Notes: generated by a model not told the origin, from the sequence alone. A stretch of 38,874 bases of DNA from a bacterium (GCA_020050895.1 JAGVJW010000172.1:1-38874); one strand, 5' to 3'. Counted from the first letter of the stretch, positions 17,737 to 27,366 are shown. Translations and numbers: made by a program.

Positions 17737-18264
17737 ATGAGTCCACTCGCAGATAGACCGGCATACATGAGCAATCCTGCTATGCGCATCATTGCGTATG
17801 CAGTGACGGCGCTGATTCTTAGTGTTGTCCATGTCGTTTTTTTGCGGTTCATCTCCGTCAGTTCAGTTACGCCGGATCTTTTACTTATCCTCACGGTATG
17901 GATTTCCCTGGTCGAAGGTCAGTTTGCCGGTACGTTGGCAGGCTTTACAAGCGGATTACTCTTCGATGTGGCTTCTGCAGACGTGCTGGGAACGAATGCC
18001 TTAGCTAAGACCATTGCTGGTTTTGTGGCCGGGTATTTCTATAGGGAAGGAATGGCTATGCAAATAATAGGAAGCTATCGTTTTTTATTAATTATCACGC
18101 TAAGCGGCTTCTTACACAACATTGTGTATTTCTTTTTCTACATCCAGCCAATGCAGGTAAGCTTTCTGACGTTCTTCCTAACCTATGGTGTGGCAACAAC
18201 GCTATACACTACCGTTGGAGCTGTATTCCCAATGCTTTTCGTTAACCGCCGTCAGGAATGGTAA
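17737..18264 (+). CDS. mreD: Rod shape-determining protein MreD
   Basis: 175 aa polytopic membrane protein directly after mreC. The call rests mainly on position and hydrophobicity. Confidence 0.65.
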   Translation: MSPLADRPAYMSNPAMRIIAYAVTALILSVVHVVFLRFISVSSVTPDLLLILTVWISLVEGQFAGTLAGFTSGLLFDVASADVLGTNALAKTIAGFVAGYFYREGMAMQIIGSYRFLLIITLSGFLHNIVYFFFYIQPMQVSFLTFFLTYGVATTLYTTVGAVFPMLFVNRRQEW

Positions 18265-18350
18265 AATTTATACGTTTTAGTTTAGGGTGGAACGGGCATG
18301 TGGATAATTGAACCACCAAAATTCTCATCATTTATCGCAATTTCAGGCAC

Positions 18351-21300
18351 ATGTATTTAAGTCGATTGGAAATGGTCGGATTCAAGTCGTTTGGACTGAA
18401 GACCGATTTGTCGTTTAACGACGGTGTTACGGCAATCGTTGGGCCTAACGGTTGCGGAAAAACGAACATTGTAGACGCAATCCGTTGGGTGCTCGGCGAG
18501 CAAAAGACATCGATGTTGCGAGCCGATTCAATGGAACACGTGATATTCAACGGATCGAAATCGCGCAAGCCGCTAGGCATGGCGGAAGTGTCGCTCACCA
18601 TTGAAAACAACCGCCAGATCCTCCCCACGGAATATTCTCAGGTAGTGATAACGCGCAGGTTGTTTAGGGATGGCGAAAGCCAGTATCTCCTGAATAAAAC
18701 TCAGTGCAGACTTCGCGATATCGTTGATCTCTTCATGGATACAGGAATGGGAGCCGATGCCTATTCTGTAATCGAGCTGAAGATGATTGAAACGATACTC
18801 AGCGACAAAGCGGATGAACGACGACACCTGTTTGAAGAGGCTGCAGGCGTTACAAAGTATAAGGCCCGCAGGAAGGAAGCTCAGCGCAAACTGGAAGCAG
18901 CTCAGCGTGATATTGCCCGTGTTCAGGATATCGTGAGAGAAGTACAAAAAACGGTGAACTCACTCTCGCGTCAGGCAGAAAAAGCCAGGCAGCACCAGGA
19001 TTTGTCGGGCAGGCTGAGAGAACTCGAGAAACTAGCTTTTGCGTTTGAATATGCCGAACAATATGTCTTGCTTAAACAAATCGAAGAAAAGGTTTCAGAC
19101 GCACGCGTACGCAGGGAAGCCGCTGAGGCATTGCTTGGTGAATCTGAACTGATGGAGCAGGCAAAGGAGCGAGAATACGAGCAGGCAGAGCACGACGTGC
19201 GAACGGCTCTGGAAGAAGAAGGCGTAGAACGCTCAGCCATGGAAAGCACAAGACAACTGATTGCCTTGCTCGACGAGAGAATTTTAGCTAATCAACGGAC
19301 TACTGAGCGGCTAGATAGAGAGCAGACAGAATCGTCGACGCAGCAAACATCGACATCCGGTGAATTACAGCGTGTTCGCGAAAGGCTTGTGGATGCCAGG
19401 AATCAGCTTGAGAGTCTTGTTCGTGAGTCTACAGAAAAACATGAAGCATTTGCTGCTGCAAGCGCACGACTTCAAGGTGCCAAGGAAGTGTTGAATGAGA
19501 AGCGCAATGCACTTGCTTCGGTACAACATTCACTCGTGACGGCGAAAACACAGGCAGACCGATATCATATTCAGATTGAATCGCTGCAGCGAAGAGTGTT
19601 AGACAACGAAGTTCAGCAGGTTCATCTTGAGGAGAAGATTCTTGAAATCAGACAGCATATCAGCACAGCCCGCACAGGTCTGGCTGAGAGGGATGCAGTG
19701 CTGCAACAGACCGAAGCAGACCTGCACAATGCCGAATCTCGATTGAATCAATTACGTGCAGAGCAAGATGAACTGCAGAACGAATCCAACGCCCTTCGGT
19801 CTGCACTCGGGCATAATTCCGCTGCCATAGAGTTTTTAACGGGTCTGGTTGATACTATGGAGTCGAGCAAGTTCTTGCTCTCGACCGAAGAGTGGAGTCC
19901 AAGCGGAGACAAGCTCACACTTGCAGAAGTTATCGATGCTCCCGAAGAGTTGCGCGTGGCTATTGAAGCGGCATTGGGAGAATCGTCCCGATATTTTGTT
20001 GTAAGCAATAGAGGCGAAGCCGATGAAGCCATACGCGCACTTTCAAGAAACAACATTGGCAAAGCCACTTTTCTCTGTCGAGATTCCATCCCGCAGATGG
20101 CAGAGCCCCCTTCCATCACTCATCATAATGGTGTTATTGGATGGGCCAGTGAACTTATTCGGTGCGATGAGCAATTGCGTAATGCGGTAAGGGGCATATT
20201 AGGCAGGTCGATCGTTGTTAACAATATTGATAATGCGTGGGATGCAATCAATGAATCCTCTGCAGATGCAGCCGTAACGCTGGGCGGAGAGATTGTGCAT
20301 CGGTCCGGAGCAGTGCGCGGTGGTGCACGCACGCAGATGGAAGGAGTCCGCGTTGGAAGAAAGGACAGAATTGAACGGCTGAAAGCGGAGAACCTCAACC
20401 TCGAATCAGCGCTTGCATCCGCTGAGCAGAAGCTGGATGCTATCAAGACTGAATCAGGATCGATAGACCTTCGGGCAATTGGCGAACGAGTAAGGCATGC
20501 AGCAGTAGAGCGTAACGAAATGCACCAGCGCATCGAAGCATTTGATGCACGCATCGATGACCTCAATGCGCAGCACTCAAAGTTAGTGGGAGAGGCATCT
20601 GCATGGATAGAGGAACGCGGGCAGGTTGAAAAGAATGCCGGGTCTATGGAACATGCCATTGCATCGCTGTCCGATGAAGTTGCAAGCCTGGACAAAGATG
20701 TGAACGCAGCTACACAAACAGTTCAGGATGCCGAACATGCTGTGAGTCTGTCGAATGCCGAATGGAATGCAGCAAACATCATGGTTGTTCGCATCGATGG
20801 TGAACGACAAAGCCTAGAGGCCGATGAACAGCGTTTACTGAATCAAAGTACATCGATATCTCAACGTGAAGAACAGCGAAACGAAGAACGCATGCAGTTA
20901 ACGGCAGATCTGAATGATTTGAATAACCAGCGTGGTAGAGCTCTGAGTGAAGCCGAGAAGCGCGAGGTAAGTCACCTTGCGTCAAAGAGTCGGCGTGAAA
21001 GCCGTGAGCAGCACGTTGCTTCGTGTTCGGCACTATTGCGTTCGGCTGCGGAAGGTGTTCGGGTACATCGCAAAGCGGTTGAGACGCTTGTTAACGAAAT
21101 GCATGAACTCGATATTAAACATAGTGAAAAACGGGTTAGCATTGAATCATTGATTCGCCGAGCTGTGGAAGAGCTCGAGGCCGATATCCCATCCGTTCCT
21201 GTGCCGCCTGAATCAGAAGCCTCGGCCGAACAGGTTCTCGCCGATGTGCAGGAAGTAAGGCGTAAGCTTACATCGATGGGAAACGTAAACTTCCTTGCCT

Positions 21301-21896
21301 TGGAAGAACATGAGCGGGAAAACGAACGTTTGCAGTTTCTTGTTCAGCAACTGGATGATCTGGTACGGAGCGAACGAACGCTTAACGAAACGATTGCCGA
21401 AATCAACAGGACTGCAAGGGAAAAGTTCACGTCAACATTTTTCCGCATTCGCGAGAACTTCGTCATGTTATTTAAGATTCTCTTCAGCGAAGACGACGAG
21501 GCCGATTTGCAGATGGAAGAGTCTGATGATCATGATCCGTTGGAGTGCAAGATCGAAATAATTGCAAAACCGAGAGGCAAGCGACCACACAACATAGAAA
21601 TGCTGTCAGGGGGCGAGAAAACGCTTACTGCTATCGCCCTGTTGTTTGCCATTTACCTGGTTAAGCCGAGTCCTTTTTGTATTCTCGACGAGGTTGATGC
21701 CCCTCTTGATGATGCAAACATTGACAGGTACTTGAAAATCATCCGGAAGTTTTCTGAGAACACACAATTCCTGATGATTACGCACAATAAAAAGACCATG
21801 GAGGCGGCTGATACCCTGTATGGTATAACGATGGAAGAACCTGCGGTATCTAAGGTAGTTAGTGTTCAGCTAGGCGAGGAACGGAATGCAGCATAA
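18351..21896 (+). CDS. smc: Chromosome partition protein Smc
   Basis: 1181 aa. Walker A is GPNGCGKTNIVDAIRWVLGEQ. Long coiled coils flank a hinge. The C-terminal signature is LSGGEKTLTAIALLFA and Walker B is FCILDEVDAPLD. Confidence 0.95.
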   Translation: MYLSRLEMVGFKSFGLKTDLSFNDGVTAIVGPNGCGKTNIVDAIRWVLGEQKTSMLRADSMEHVIFNGSKSRKPLGMAEVSLTIENNRQILPTEYSQVVITRRLFRDGESQYLLNKTQCRLRDIVDLFMDTGMGADAYSVIELKMIETILSDKADERRHLFEEAAGVTKYKARRKEAQRKLEAAQRDIARVQDIVREVQKTVNSLSRQAEKARQHQDLSGRLRELEKLAFAFEYAEQYVLLKQIEEKVSDARVRREAAEALLGESELMEQAKEREYEQAEHDVRTALEEEGVERSAMESTRQLIALLDERILANQRTTERLDREQTESSTQQTSTSGELQRVRERLVDARNQLESLVRESTEKHEAFAAASARLQGAKEVLNEKRNALASVQHSLVTAKTQADRYHIQIESLQRRVLDNEVQQVHLEEKILEIRQHISTARTGLAERDAVLQQTEADLHNAESRLNQLRAEQDELQNESNALRSALGHNSAAIEFLTGLVDTMESSKFLLSTEEWSPSGDKLTLAEVIDAPEELRVAIEAALGESSRYFVVSNRGEADEAIRALSRNNIGKATFLCRDSIPQMAEPPSITHHNGVIGWASELIRCDEQLRNAVRGILGRSIVVNNIDNAWDAINESSADAAVTLGGEIVHRSGAVRGGARTQMEGVRVGRKDRIERLKAENLNLESALASAEQKLDAIKTESGSIDLRAIGERVRHAAVERNEMHQRIEAFDARIDDLNAQHSKLVGEASAWIEERGQVEKNAGSMEHAIASLSDEVASLDKDVNAATQTVQDAEHAVSLSNAEWNAANIMVVRIDGERQSLEADEQRLLNQSTSISQREEQRNEERMQLTADLNDLNNQRGRALSEAEKREVSHLASKSRRESREQHVASCSALLRSAAEGVRVHRKAVETLVNEMHELDIKHSEKRVSIESLIRRAVEELEADIPSVPVPPESEASAEQVLADVQEVRRKLTSMGNVNFLALEEHERENERLQFLVQQLDDLVRSERTLNETIAEINRTAREKFTSTFFRIRENFVMLFKILFSEDDEADLQMEESDDHDPLECKIEIIAKPRGKRPHNIEMLSGGEKTLTAIALLFAIYLVKPSPFCILDEVDAPLDDANIDRYLKIIRKFSENTQFLMITHNKKTMEAADTLYGITMEEPAVSKVVSVQLGEERNAA

Positions 21897-21959
21897 GATT
21901 CATTGGTGGCAACGATACCCGGAAGTAAATTTTGTGACGAAATTGCGAGGAGTTAATCC

Positions 21960-22496
21960 GTGAAATTATTTACACTACTGATTTGCCAGAGTGTATTCCT
22001 GATTTCATTTGTAACGGTCTCTGCAGACGAGCCGCCAAAGCAAATTATTCTTACCAAGGTTGCAACCGCATCGTTTGGTAAGGTATGGGATGCAGTGAAG
22101 ACTTCCATGCAGGAAATCGGCTGCTCAAAGCCGCAAACTGAAAAGATCACCGAGCCTGCGGAGGAGGGCGGATTTTACACCGGCCTTTATGTATCGGATT
22201 TCTGTGTACTCGTCAAAGGTGAAGACTCAACACGGAAGTACATGGAGCAGTTTGGTGAGTTACCTCGCATTCGCGGGGGGATATGGGTTGCCGGTAGAGT
22301 TCAGTATAAGGTGAACGTTAAGGAAGAAGGTGTCCGTCAGACAAAGATCGTCTTGAGGGCCGAGGTATCAGGCTTTGAAGAGTTTATTACAAATGCTATC
22401 CATTTCTGGGTTAGCAATGGCATACTGGAACAGCGAATGATGGATGCGATAATGGCTAAGATCAATGCCGGTGCGGAGAAAATCGACGAAGATTAG
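21960..22496 (+). CDS. Hypothetical secreted protein
   Basis: 178-aa ORF with a GTG start and signal peptide MKLFTLLICQSVFLISFVTVSA. I recognise no family. Confidence 0.5.
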   Translation: MKLFTLLICQSVFLISFVTVSADEPPKQIILTKVATASFGKVWDAVKTSMQEIGCSKPQTEKITEPAEEGGFYTGLYVSDFCVLVKGEDSTRKYMEQFGELPRIRGGIWVAGRVQYKVNVKEEGVRQTKIVLRAEVSGFEEFITNAIHFWVSNGILEQRMMDAIMAKINAGAEKIDED

Positions 22497-22723
22497 CACG
22501 CCGTTACGTCGTACTCTGCAACCTTGATATCAAACACCATTCCTTCCACGTAGTCCGAGCGCACATCGGGCGAGAGCACTTCCATCACACGGATTGTAGC
22601 CCAGCATCCCCCATGAAATTTCAACACCTCTGCAGTATACAGCGGGTCTCCCTTCAATGCCATTTGATATGTATTACCGGGTGTAAACTCGTTTAGCGAA
22701 ACTTTATCGTGTTCGACTTTCAT
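22493..22723 (-). CDS. Hypothetical small protein (76 aa) downstream of aspartate kinase
   Basis: The ORF lies 18 nt after the aspartate kinase stop on the same strand. Its composition looks protein-like but I recognise no family. Confidence 0.4.
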   Translation of the reverse strand: MKVEHDKVSLNEFTPGNTYQMALKGDPLYTAEVLKFHGGCWATIRVMEVLSPDVRSDYVEGMVFDIKVAEYDVTAC

Positions 22724-22741
22724 GATGGGAGCCGGTGAAAT

Positions 22742-23902
22742 TTATGAGGATTGGATGTTGCTGTATTCGTTCAAAATTAAGTCGTGAATGTTCGATGCCA
22801 GGTGTTCTGCATCATTGCTTGAGCAGATAATTGTGTACACAGCATCGTTCTCAGATCCCGACACAGATCGAATAGCACCAGTCATGGCCGCTGATACCCT
22901 GGATACCACCGGTAACCAAGTGTTAAGAGTAGTGAAGACAACATTAATCTTCGAGGTAACATCATCTATGGGTTGAATAGCCACTATTGACTTTGAGTGC
23001 ATCGTTTCGGTGCCAATCGATGTGGATTCACCTGACGGATTCGAGGCAGAACGAATTGTAATGGCGATACCCGATTCTTGTGCAGGAGCGATCATCGTGG
23101 GGTAGAGGATCTTTACACCATGCTGTGCGGCAAGCGCGGCTTCGGTATACGACAGCAAAGGACGAACCTTGGTGTTCCGGCAGAAATCGGGATCACCGCT
23201 ACGTACACCTTCGACATCTGTCCAGATAATAACTTCTGATACATTCAATAGCGATCCTAACAAGGTAGCAGTAAGATTTGAGCTTTCCTTGCCCATCGTA
23301 GTAACTGTTCCATCTTCCGTTGCACCAATGAAACCTTGAATCATTACAACGTGATGGGATTCTAGCAGGGGGCGTAAGATCCGATCGACATGAATCCTTG
23401 TTTTCTCTACGAGAGGTGCAGCCAGGCCATACTCGTCGTTAGTAACAACAACCGTTCTCGCATTGATCGCCGCTACGTCGATGCCGTTATAATGGACTAC
23501 AGACTGTGCGATATGCAAGGCAAGTAATTCACCAAACGAAAGGACGTGGTCAAGCGTTCGCTTTGTGAGTTGTTGCGTAATGGCAATGCCCCTTAACAAA
23601 TTCGAGAGAGACCCATGTACTTCAGAGAGCAGAGCATCGAGCGTTGCGCGGGCTGTAAGGTCTGGGAGAACCTGACGTATCAATTTTTTGTGGTCTTCCA
23701 GAATATGATCGAGGCGCTCGAACGCTTCAGTTGTTAGATTCTTTCTTGCCAGCCGTGCGGCAAACTCCAGGTCGCGAGTGGCTGACGCAAACGCGCTCAC
23801 CACCGCTAAGGACGGTGTTTGTTCGTTTTTAAGAATCTCAACCATGTGGCGGAACCCGTCAGCACTAGCCAGAACGGCGCCGCCGAACTTCATTGCCTTC
23901 AT
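22742..23902 (-). CDS. lysC: Aspartate kinase
   Basis: Amino-acid kinase fold starting MKAMKFGGAVL, with IIWTDVEGVRSGDP...LSYTEAALAAQHGVKILYP and C-terminal ACT-like region. The TTG start at 23971 in the track is unlikely. ATG 23902 or 23893 fits the KFGG N-terminus. Confidence 0.85.
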   Translation of the reverse strand: MKAMKFGGAVLASADGFRHMVEILKNEQTPSLAVVSAFASATRDLEFAARLARKNLTTEAFERLDHILEDHKKLIRQVLPDLTARATLDALLSEVHGSLSNLLRGIAITQQLTKRTLDHVLSFGELLALHIAQSVVHYNGIDVAAINARTVVVTNDEYGLAAPLVEKTRIHVDRILRPLLESHHVVMIQGFIGATEDGTVTTMGKESSNLTATLLGSLLNVSEVIIWTDVEGVRSGDPDFCRNTKVRPLLSYTEAALAAQHGVKILYPTMIAPAQESGIAITIRSASNPSGESTSIGTETMHSKSIVAIQPIDDVTSKINVVFTTLNTWLPVVSRVSAAMTGAIRSVSGSENDAVYTIICSSNDAEHLASNIHDLILNEYSNIQSS

Positions 23903-23998
23903 TGTCTTACGAAGATAACAGCCGCCCCTTGCTGAATCGGAATAAACACCGTAACTTTGTTGTTCACCCAAACAACATCATTTCGTTGGCGGACCATC

Positions 23999-24172
23999 AT
24001 GGCAAAACAGCAAACATTTGGCGACAAGACAAAGAAAAAGGTCCTCGACACCAAGATCAACGTTAAAGTTATCAAGGCGTTCCGTTCCGAAGCTGGTACC
24101 GTAAAGTACATGGAGCGGCATGTACGGGTTGACGATGTTGGTCAGATCGAAAAAATGGATCTATCGAGGTAA
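23999..24172 (+). CDS. Small basic protein, DUF4295-like
   Basis: 57 aa from ATG 23999 (MAKQQTFGDKTKKKVLDTKINVKVIKAF...). Size, charge and position next to ribosomal protein genes match the DUF4295 proteins of Bacteroidota. The family assignment is from memory. Confidence 0.55.
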   Translation: MAKQQTFGDKTKKKVLDTKINVKVIKAFRSEAGTVKYMERHVRVDDVGQIEKMDLSR

Positions 24173-24174
24173 CT

Positions 24175-24414
24175 GTGAAAAAAGGAATTCACCCCGCATA
24201 CAGAACCATTGAAGTGGTGATGACAGATGGTTCAGTTTTCAAGACCCGGTCATGTTTTAAGAGTGATCGTCTGGTGCTAGAAATTGATTCAAAATCGCAC
24301 CCATTTTTCACCGGCAAGCAAATGCTGGTCGATACGGCAGGCAGGGTTGAGCGCTTCAATAAGCGAATGGAGAAGACGAAGGCCGTTCGAACAGCAAAAG
24401 ATACAAGCAAGTAA
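24175..24414 (+). CDS. rpmE: 50S ribosomal protein L31, Cys-less (zinc-independent) form
   Basis: MKKGIHPAYR...HPFFTGKQ...GRVERFNKR. The positions of the CxC and CxxC zinc ligands read MTD and DSKSH. GTG start. Confidence 0.9.
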   Translation: MKKGIHPAYRTIEVVMTDGSVFKTRSCFKSDRLVLEIDSKSHPFFTGKQMLVDTAGRVERFNKRMEKTKAVRTAKDTSK

Positions 24415-24426
24415 TCGGAGAGAATT

Positions 24427-24741
24427 GTGGCATTACCATCATCATCAATGCGTGACGGAATGAGAGATCGAGATTCATCTCTCAACAACCCGAACACGAT
24501 TAATTCACCTTTTCGTCAGAAGCGAAATCAGCCACGAAAGAGAACGAACCCTCTCAAGCAATCACGCTTGATTGATTATCTCGATCCCAAATTTCTTGGG
24601 CGCTTTACGAACGATCAGGGGAAGATTCTCCCACGCAGAATTACTGGCGTTACGGCACTGCAGCAGCGGCGTCTAACCCGTGCCATCAAGTATGCCCGCC
24701 ACCTGGCATTGTTGCCATTCGTAGCCCAAGACACACGCTAG
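24427..24741 (+). CDS. rpsR: 30S ribosomal protein S18 with an N-terminal low-complexity extension
   Basis: The core [50 protein letters not shown] is typical S18. GTG start; internal ATGs at codons 8 and 12 are alternative starts. Confidence 0.85.
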   Translation: MALPSSSMRDGMRDRDSSLNNPNTINSPFRQKRNQPRKRTNPLKQSRLIDYLDPKFLGRFTNDQGKILPRRITGVTALQQRRLTRAIKYARHLALLPFVAQDTR

Positions 24742-24788
24742 CAACGAGGTCGGTTTCATGCCGATCGCTCTCAACTATCAACCAATTT

Positions 24789-24860
24789 TGGGGCGTCGCC
24801 AAGTGGTAAGGCAGCGGATTTTGGTTCCGCCATTCGTAGGTTCGAATCCTGCCGCCCCAG
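24789..24860 (+). tRNA. tRNA-Gln (anticodon TTG)
   Basis: Folded by eye. Acceptor tggggcg/cgcccca has a U1-A72 pair. The anticodon stem is gcgga/tccgc with loop ttTTGgt. The T-arm is gtagg-ttcgaat-cctgc and the discriminator is G. Confidence 0.9.
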
Positions 24861-24887
24861 CATAGGAATGTCACTCCAAAGGAACGC

Positions 24888-25844
24888 GTGAACGCCGAGG
24901 TAAAGATCGTCTCCGGCCGGTCGAATCAGGAAATAGCATCAAAAATCGCACGGGCTTCGCATCGTGAGCTATCGCACGTAACCATTCGAAATTTTGCCGA
25001 TGGGGAACTATGGGTAAAGTTCGAAGAAAACGTACGTGGAGTAGACCTCTATATCGTTCAGTCGACGTTTGCGCCCTCCGATAACCTGATGGAATTGCTG
25101 CTACTGATCGATGCAGCTAAACGAGCTTCTGCACTTAGGATTACAGCCGTAATTCCATATTTCGGATATGCCCGACAAGACAGAAAAGACCAGCCGAGAG
25201 TGGCCATCACTGCTAAGCTTGTGGCTAATCTGCTTACACAGGCAGGAGCCAATCGTGTAATAACCATGGACATGCATACGCCGCAGTTGCAGGGCTTTTT
25301 TGACATACCGCTGGACCACTTGTACTCGTCGTCTGTTACCATCAACGTTATCCAAAAAATAGACCTCGGCAGCGTTGTGGTTGCATCACCGGATGTGGGA
25401 GGTGTAAAAAATGCCCGTGCCTATGCTAAGATGCTTGGCGATGATACCGACTTAGTGGTTGTAGACAAACGCAGACCGAAGCATAACGACGTTGAAGTGA
25501 TGAATATTATCGGTGACGTTAACGGCAGAAACGTGATAATCGTAGATGACTTAATCGACACCGGAACTACCTTCGTTAAATGCGCCGAGGCGCTTCGTGG
25601 TAATGGAGCTGAAACCATTATCGGAATGTGCACACATGCTGTGTTTAGCAACGAAGCCGTAAGTAAGATTAGTGATTCAGACGCAGTCAGTAAGGTTTTC
25701 GTCACGGATACAATACCATTGGCAACTACAAATCCTAAAATTGAAGTCATTAGCGTTGCTGGTCTGTTTGCCGAGGCTATCATCCGCACACACGAAAACC
25801 AGTCAATCAGTTCTTTGTTTGAAAAAGCGGAGAGCGTGAGCTAA
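24888..25844 (+). CDS. prs: Ribose-phosphate pyrophosphokinase (PRPP synthetase)
   Basis: 318 aa with a GTG start. Motifs include FADGE, YFGYARQDRK and the PRPP loop VIIVDDLIDTGTT. Confidence 0.95.
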   Translation: MNAEVKIVSGRSNQEIASKIARASHRELSHVTIRNFADGELWVKFEENVRGVDLYIVQSTFAPSDNLMELLLLIDAAKRASALRITAVIPYFGYARQDRKDQPRVAITAKLVANLLTQAGANRVITMDMHTPQLQGFFDIPLDHLYSSSVTINVIQKIDLGSVVVASPDVGGVKNARAYAKMLGDDTDLVVVDKRRPKHNDVEVMNIIGDVNGRNVIIVDDLIDTGTTFVKCAEALRGNGAETIIGMCTHAVFSNEAVSKISDSDAVSKVFVTDTIPLATTNPKIEVISVAGLFAEAIIRTHENQSISSLFEKAESVS

Positions 25845-25877
25845 CAGAGTATATCAAAATATCCCAAGGGTGAATCA

Positions 25878-26486
25878 ATGAGTCAAATCGTTCTCAAGGC
25901 AAAACAACGGCAAGCAGGCCGGAGTGCATCAAAGCAACTACGCCGCGAAGGCAAGGTACCTGGAGTATACTATTCCAACAGCCATGACCCTGTGCATTTT
26001 TCAGTTGAAATGCTCGACTTACGCTCCATCGTGTACACTGCAGAGGCCAAGGTTGTAAGCCTGCAAGTTGATGATGATAAGGGGCTCCCATGCATTCTAA
26101 AAGATGTTACTTTTGACCCCATCACAGATAAAATCATGCATCTGGACTTTCTGGGTGTATCTGCGGGACAAAAAATCACAGTGGAAATTCCCATTCACCT
26201 TATTGGAACTTCTGTTGGAGTGCGTGACGGCGGGATTGTTGAACACGTCATGCACAAAGCTCACGTACTCGTTGATCCGTTAAAGATGCCAGAACATATC
26301 GATGTTGACATTACAAATCTTGAAGTCAATTCATCGATTCATATCGAAGACATCAGCGTCGAAGGCGTGGAGTTCGAAGAGAAGCCCGAAGCTGTTATCG
26401 TTACATGCACACCGCCGAAGACGCATGTAGAAGAAACTCCGACGACAGAAATGCCCGAGGTTCCAGAAGTTAAAGCAACTGAATAA
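25878..26486 (+). CDS. rplY: 50S ribosomal protein L25 / general stress protein Ctc (long form)
   Basis: 202 aa beginning RQAGRSASKQLRREGKVPGVYY, with an acidic C-terminal tail. The prs-rplY synteny is conserved. Confidence 0.9.
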   Translation: MSQIVLKAKQRQAGRSASKQLRREGKVPGVYYSNSHDPVHFSVEMLDLRSIVYTAEAKVVSLQVDDDKGLPCILKDVTFDPITDKIMHLDFLGVSAGQKITVEIPIHLIGTSVGVRDGGIVEHVMHKAHVLVDPLKMPEHIDVDITNLEVNSSIHIEDISVEGVEFEEKPEAVIVTCTPPKTHVEETPTTEMPEVPEVKATE

Positions 26487-26541
26487 CTGCGCACCGGGTT
26501 TGCACGAGTGCATGCCCCTTACATAAACATGAATTGTTTAA

Positions 26542-26567
26542 AGGAGTCCACTGGACTCCTTTTTTTT
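26542..26567 (+). terminator. Rho-independent terminator of prs-rplY
   Basis: aggagtc-cactg-gactcct is followed by ttttttt. Confidence 0.8.
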
Positions 26568-26594
26568 ATGGATCAATACGCGGAGAATCAGTGC

Positions 26595-26626
26595 AAAAAA
26601 AAACCCGGAGAAATAAAGACTCCAGG
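26595..26626 (-). terminator. Orphan rho-independent terminator on the minus strand
   Basis: The minus strand reads cctggag-tctttattt-ctccggg followed by nine T. There is no minus-strand CDS upstream of it before ispG, about 3 kb away. Confidence 0.6.
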
Positions 26627-26790
26627 TATGAGCATCTGGCGCGGCACTCAGGGGAGAGAGTATCGCTCAACTCAGCATCAAAGTTATTGTTTCTTGTGCG
26701 TAATGACAAAAATCATTTTTACTCACTTGCCAGAAAGTAAGTTTTGTACCGGTTAAAACTGAAATGACAACGACTTGAAAAGAAAAGAAA

Positions 26791-27366
26791 ATGAAAGCGT
26801 TGACAGGTGCAGTCGCTCTCTTTTTAGCACTCCAGTGCTTGGGAGCAAGTGAAAAGCACACGCTGAAGACAGTCAGCATGAAGATAGAGGGGACGTCGAC
26901 TCTTCACGATTGGACCACAAAGGTCAATACTGTAAGGGCTAACGGAGACTTTACTGTACAAAATGACCAGCTTATCGAAGTTGTGTCCATGTGGGTTCAG
27001 GCCGACGCCAAGTCGATCGTTAGTGAGAAGGGTGACGACATGGACGAAAAAATTTACGAAGCTCTTAAAGCCGAAGAACACCCCACCATAACGTTCAACC
27101 TCTCAACAGTAAAGTCAATCACCAAAACAGGTTCCGAGTGGATAGTTGAAACCAAGGGTGACCTGACGATTGCCGGTAATAAGCAATCCATCGATCTGAC
27201 GGTTAAGGCAAGCATTATCGAAAGCGGCGTCGTACGATTTACTGGAACAAAGAAAATCAAGATGTCGCAGTTCAACATTGATAGGCCATCAGCAATGCTC
27301 GGATTAATTAAATCCGGTGATGAGGTGGTAATCACATTTGACGTTTCAATGAAGAAGAATTCTTGA
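26791..27366 (+). CDS. YceI-like periplasmic (polyisoprenoid-binding type) protein
   Basis: 191 aa with a signal peptide. YceI pattern: IEGTSTLHDW...HPTITF...GDLTIAGNKQSIDL...FNIDRP....GDEVVITFDVS. Confidence 0.8.
   Translation: MKALTGAVALFLALQCLGASEKHTLKTVSMKIEGTSTLHDWTTKVNTVRANGDFTVQNDQLIEVVSMWVQADAKSIVSEKGDDMDEKIYEALKAEEHPTITFNLSTVKSITKTGSEWIVETKGDLTIAGNKQSIDLTVKASIIESGVVRFTGTKKIKMSQFNIDRPSAMLGLIKSGDEVVITFDVSMKKNS

Noticed and set aside
23903-23998. A lysine riboswitch or leader upstream of aspartate kinase
   Set aside because: Only about 95 nt are available, and they are shared with the divergent DUF4295 promoter. That is too short for an L-box, and I saw none of its conserved helices.
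26508-26879. Small ORFs in the rplY - YceI spacer (26508..26756 +, 26534..26740 +, 26667..26879 -)
   Set aside because: They cross one or both terminators or overlap the YceI start. Their composition is not protein-like.
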